Assembly: GCA_043228905.1 (NCBI GenBank)
Contig: JBHGNT010000011.1
Span: 6,696,001 to 6,760,000, forward strand
Length of the DNA stretch: 64,000 nucleotides
Source of the DNA: Azolla caroliniana
Taxonomy: Eukaryota > Plantae > Polypodiophyta
Direction: 5' to 3'
Below, piece by piece: positions 60,732 through 64,000 of the stretch (position 1 is its first letter; each line of letters begins with the position of its first letter). The translations under genes and the position numbers were made by a program. The notes beneath the pieces were generated by a model. The model saw only the letters and a list, made by a program, of their open reading frames with translations. It did not search any database and had not been told where the DNA came from.

Positions 60732-61757
60732 ACGAGATCATGGTAATATATACTACAATGAAATCTTAGTGTTGGAGGAAGTTTCCTCTGTACTCCTCAT
60801 TCGCAACATGGACTGGAATGTCGAAAACGAGGCCCGCTTTTGTCGCCAATACACGTTATGCGACGAAGTTCGTTAGCGTATAAACGGGAATACTTGTGTA
60901 CTCGGATGAGATCATGGTAATATATACTATACTAACAACATCCTAGTGTTGGAGGAAGTATCCTCCGTACTACTCGTTCGCAACATGGACCGGAATGTCG
61001 AAAACGAGGCTCGGTTTTGTCGCCAATACACGTTATGCGACGAACTTTGTCAACGTATCAACGGGAATACCCGTGAGTGCACTCGAACGAGATGATGGTA
61101 ATATGGGCCCTGCCTCACGCACAACCGACATTATCCCCCAAGGTTTCGAAATGGGTAGAGAATCAAGAGGATAGAGCAAAGCAATGAGCATACGACGATC
61201 TGGGATCTTCAGCGGCAATGCCGTAGGAGATGACATCAGATTTGCCCCGCCTTTCGTGCCATTGCCGGGGATCGAACTCGGGTGACCCGCGTGACAGGTG
61301 AGAATACTCACCACTGTGCTCGAACGACATCCTGATGTTAGAAGAAGTGTCGATCATACAACTCGTTCGGAGCATGGACCGGAATGTTGAAAACGAGGCC
61401 TGCTGTCATTGTGAGTACAGGGGATACAACGTAATTCATCTGCGTATGGGTGGGAATATCCAGGAGTACACTCAGACGAGATTATGCTAATATGCACCCT
61501 GCCTCACGGATGAGCCACTGTACCCCACAAGGGTTCGAAAGGGGTAGAGGATCCCGGGGAGCGAGCAAAGCATTGAGCATATGGCGGTGCGGGAAGCCGG
61601 GTCATCGGCGTGACAAGTGGGAAAATTCACCACTATACTACAATGACATCCTTGTGTTTGATGAAGTATCCTCCGTACTACTCGTTCGGACGAGGGACCA
61701 GAATGTCGAAAATGCGGCGTGGTTTCATCGCCAATACACGGCCTGGTTTCATCGCCA
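60732..61757 (-). repeat. tRNA-Asp tandem array, segment 3
   Basis: Same unit motifs, including sub-unit duplications at 60732-61100. Confidence 0.85.
61257..61328 (-). pseudogene. trnD-GUC: tRNA-Asp(GUC)-derived copy
   Basis: Reverse complement GTCGTTCGAGCACAGTGGTGAGTATTCTCACCTGTCACGCGGGTCACCCGAGTTCGATCCCCGGCAATGGCA. Confidence 0.8.
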
Positions 61758-63468
61758 TGGCAAAGTCACCAAGAGACAAGTTAGAAAAGAGTCGACAACA
61801 ACCACAGGGGAGGACAACTAGACACCGTCGAAATCCCAATCTGGGGCCGGGACAGCTAACAAGACTCCTGATACAGATGGTTCAACTAATACCGATTGAC
61901 CAATACAACTGATTGAAGGATCCAAACCAAACATCTTGGCACACAGGAGATCTAGACGAGCTCGTAGGCAAACAAAGTTCTACCAACCAGGCCTCGACTA
62001 CGTCAACTAGACGGATTCAGGCGAACCAAGCACCTATGAAGAAGCTATGGCCGCACCGGACGTCGAAACATGGCTATAAGCCATGAAATTTGAAATGGAC
62101 CCGATTCATCAGAATCACACATGGGAGCTGGTCGAACTACCAGCTAGAAGAAAGCCGCTACCTTGCAAATGGGTTTTCTGATACAAGTATGTATCCAACT
62201 CGGAGAAACCCAAGTACAAAGTTCGGCTTGTCGCGAAAGGATTCAAACAGGAATACGGGGTCCTACAACAAGATATTCTCACCAATAGTCAAGATGACCA
62301 CCCTCCAACTCCTACTAGGAGTCGTGGCGATAGAAGATCTAGAGCTCGAGCAAATGGACGTAAAGACGACATTCCTACACGGAGATCTGGAAGAAGACAT
62401 ATACATATCTCAACTGACAAGCTTCACGGCGATGGGGGAGGATAGTCACCTCGTATGTCTACTAAAGAAAAGTCTATATGGACTAAAACAAGCGCCAAGA
62501 ATGTGGTACCACAAGTTTGACTCCTACATATGCCAGCTTGGATACAACAGATTAGACTCCGACCCATGCATGTATGTTCTACAATTGGCCGACGCGTCAA
62601 GGATCTATCTGGTCCTATACATCGACGACATGTTGATTGCAGGAAGCAATCAAGCAGAGATTGGTAAGCTGAAGCGGAGCTTTCACGCAAAGTTCACGAT
62701 GAAGGAACTCAGACAAGCCCGACACATACTTGGCATGAGGATAGAGCAAAATCAGACGACCAAAACTCTCCGACTCTCCCAGTTCGAATACATCCGCAAG
62801 GTGCTGAAGTGCTTCAACATGGAGAATGCGAAGCCAGTACCAACACCGCTTCCGATGTTGATTGGACTATTGGACAAAGACTCTCCTTCAACGGACAAGC
62901 AGAGAGAACTTAATGGAAAAATACCCTACACAAGTATCATGTACGCCATCGTGGCGACCCAACCCAACATAGCCTATGTCGTAGGGGTGGTCAGCCGGTA
63001 CATGTCAAACCCAGGAAAGAAGCATTGGGAGGGCGTCAAGCACATCCTTAGGTATCTAAAAGGAACCCTGGATGCACAACTGACTTTCAGACTGACAACC
63101 TCAACCGAAGTCGAAGGCTACACCGATTCCGACTATGCATGAAATGCAGATAACCGGAAATTGACATCAGGCTACATCTTGACCCATGGTGGCGGCGTGA
63201 TATCATGGAGGTTGAAACTTAAAGAGTGCACGACTCTGTCTACCATAGAAGCTGAGTACATATCAGCATCAGAAGCAGTGAAGGAAGCGACGAAAATGGG
63301 GATTCGAAGTGACCGAGCAGAAGAAAGCCGAACGAGCAACAGAAGGTAAGATATGATGGGAACAATAACGACACATCCTATACATTTGCCTACCTGGCTC
63401 CATGCCCACCGACATGTAACATATAAACTTAGATCAATTTTGTAATCTAGGCTTACAGGGGAGATAAC
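61758..63468 (+). mobile_element. LTR-less Ty1/copia RT/RNase H fragment ending at the PPT
   Basis: [37 protein letters not shown]; ends ...CTTACAGGGGAGATAA, then the array resumes. Confidence 0.85.
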
Positions 63469-64000
63469 CCCAATACACGTTATGCGATGAAGTTCTTCCG
63501 CGTATGAACGGGAATAACCATGAGTGTACTTTGAATCTGACATCATGGTAATATGGGCCCTGCCTCGCGGACGACCCACTGTACCCCCCCCCAAGGGTTT
63601 GAAAGGTGTAGAGAATCCGGAAGAGGGAGCAATGCATTGAGCATATGACGGTGCAGGATCCTCGACGGCAATACTTTAGGAAATGACATCAGATTCACCC
63701 CGCCCTTCACGCTGTTGCCGGGGATCAAACCCAGCTCACCTGTGTGACAGGCGGGAATACTCACCACTATACTAAAACGACATCCTAGTATTGGAGGAAG
63801 AATACTCGGTACTGCTCGTTCAGACCATGGATCGGAATGTCAAAAACGAGGCCCAGTTTCATTGCCAATGTTGGAGGAAGTATCCTCCGTACTACTCGTT
63901 CGCACCATGGACCGGAATGTCGAAAACTAGGACCACACCGCTTTGTTGCCAATACATGGGATGCGACGAAGTTCATCCCCGTATGACCGGGACTATCCGT
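63469..64000 (-). repeat. tRNA-Asp tandem array, segment 4 (continues past the window end)
   Basis: Same unit motifs. Confidence 0.85.
63710..63781 (-). pseudogene. trnD-GUC: tRNA-Asp(GUC)-derived copy
   Basis: Reverse complement GTCGTTTTAGTATAGTGGTGAGTATTCCCGCCTGTCACACAGGTGAGCTGGGTTTGATCCCCGGCAACAGCG. Confidence 0.8.

Noticed and set aside
45-63976. Numerous short antisense or alternate-frame ORFs in the ORF track
   Set aside because: They are shadows of retroelement coding regions, LTRs or the satellite, with no recognisable host protein motifs.

Overview
Eukaryotic, gene-free heterochromatin, most likely from a non-seed land plant (inferred from plant-type tRNA-Asp, Met-i PBSs and Tcn1-like chromoviruses). 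No host protein-coding gene is evident. The ground layer is a degenerate ~385-400 bp tandem repeat in which each unit carries a tRNA-Asp(GUC)-derived sequence (26416-28356, 38352-39729, 60732-61757, 63469-64000). At least ten retroelements are nested into it. They are three non-chromoviral Ty3/gypsy elements sharing an extra post-integrase ORF (G, H, J), two gypsy elements with a PYSNRWF-type RT (A, E) plus a related gag-only element (B), two Tcn1-like chromoviruses (K, D) with a solo LTR, two Ty1/copia elements (C, F), an LTR-less copia fragment and a LINE fragment. Main unusual observations: (1) element J has tRNA-3'-end-matching sites next to both LTRs and no PPT, suggesting possible dual tRNA priming; (2) four LTR families carry antisense tRNA-like A/B-box modules in U3; (3) the chromovirus has a Tf1-like self-priming signature and heat-shock-element arrays; (4) two lineages have -1 frameshift pseudoknots. 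All alignments were done by eye and tRNA identities are from memory of plant tRNA sequences.
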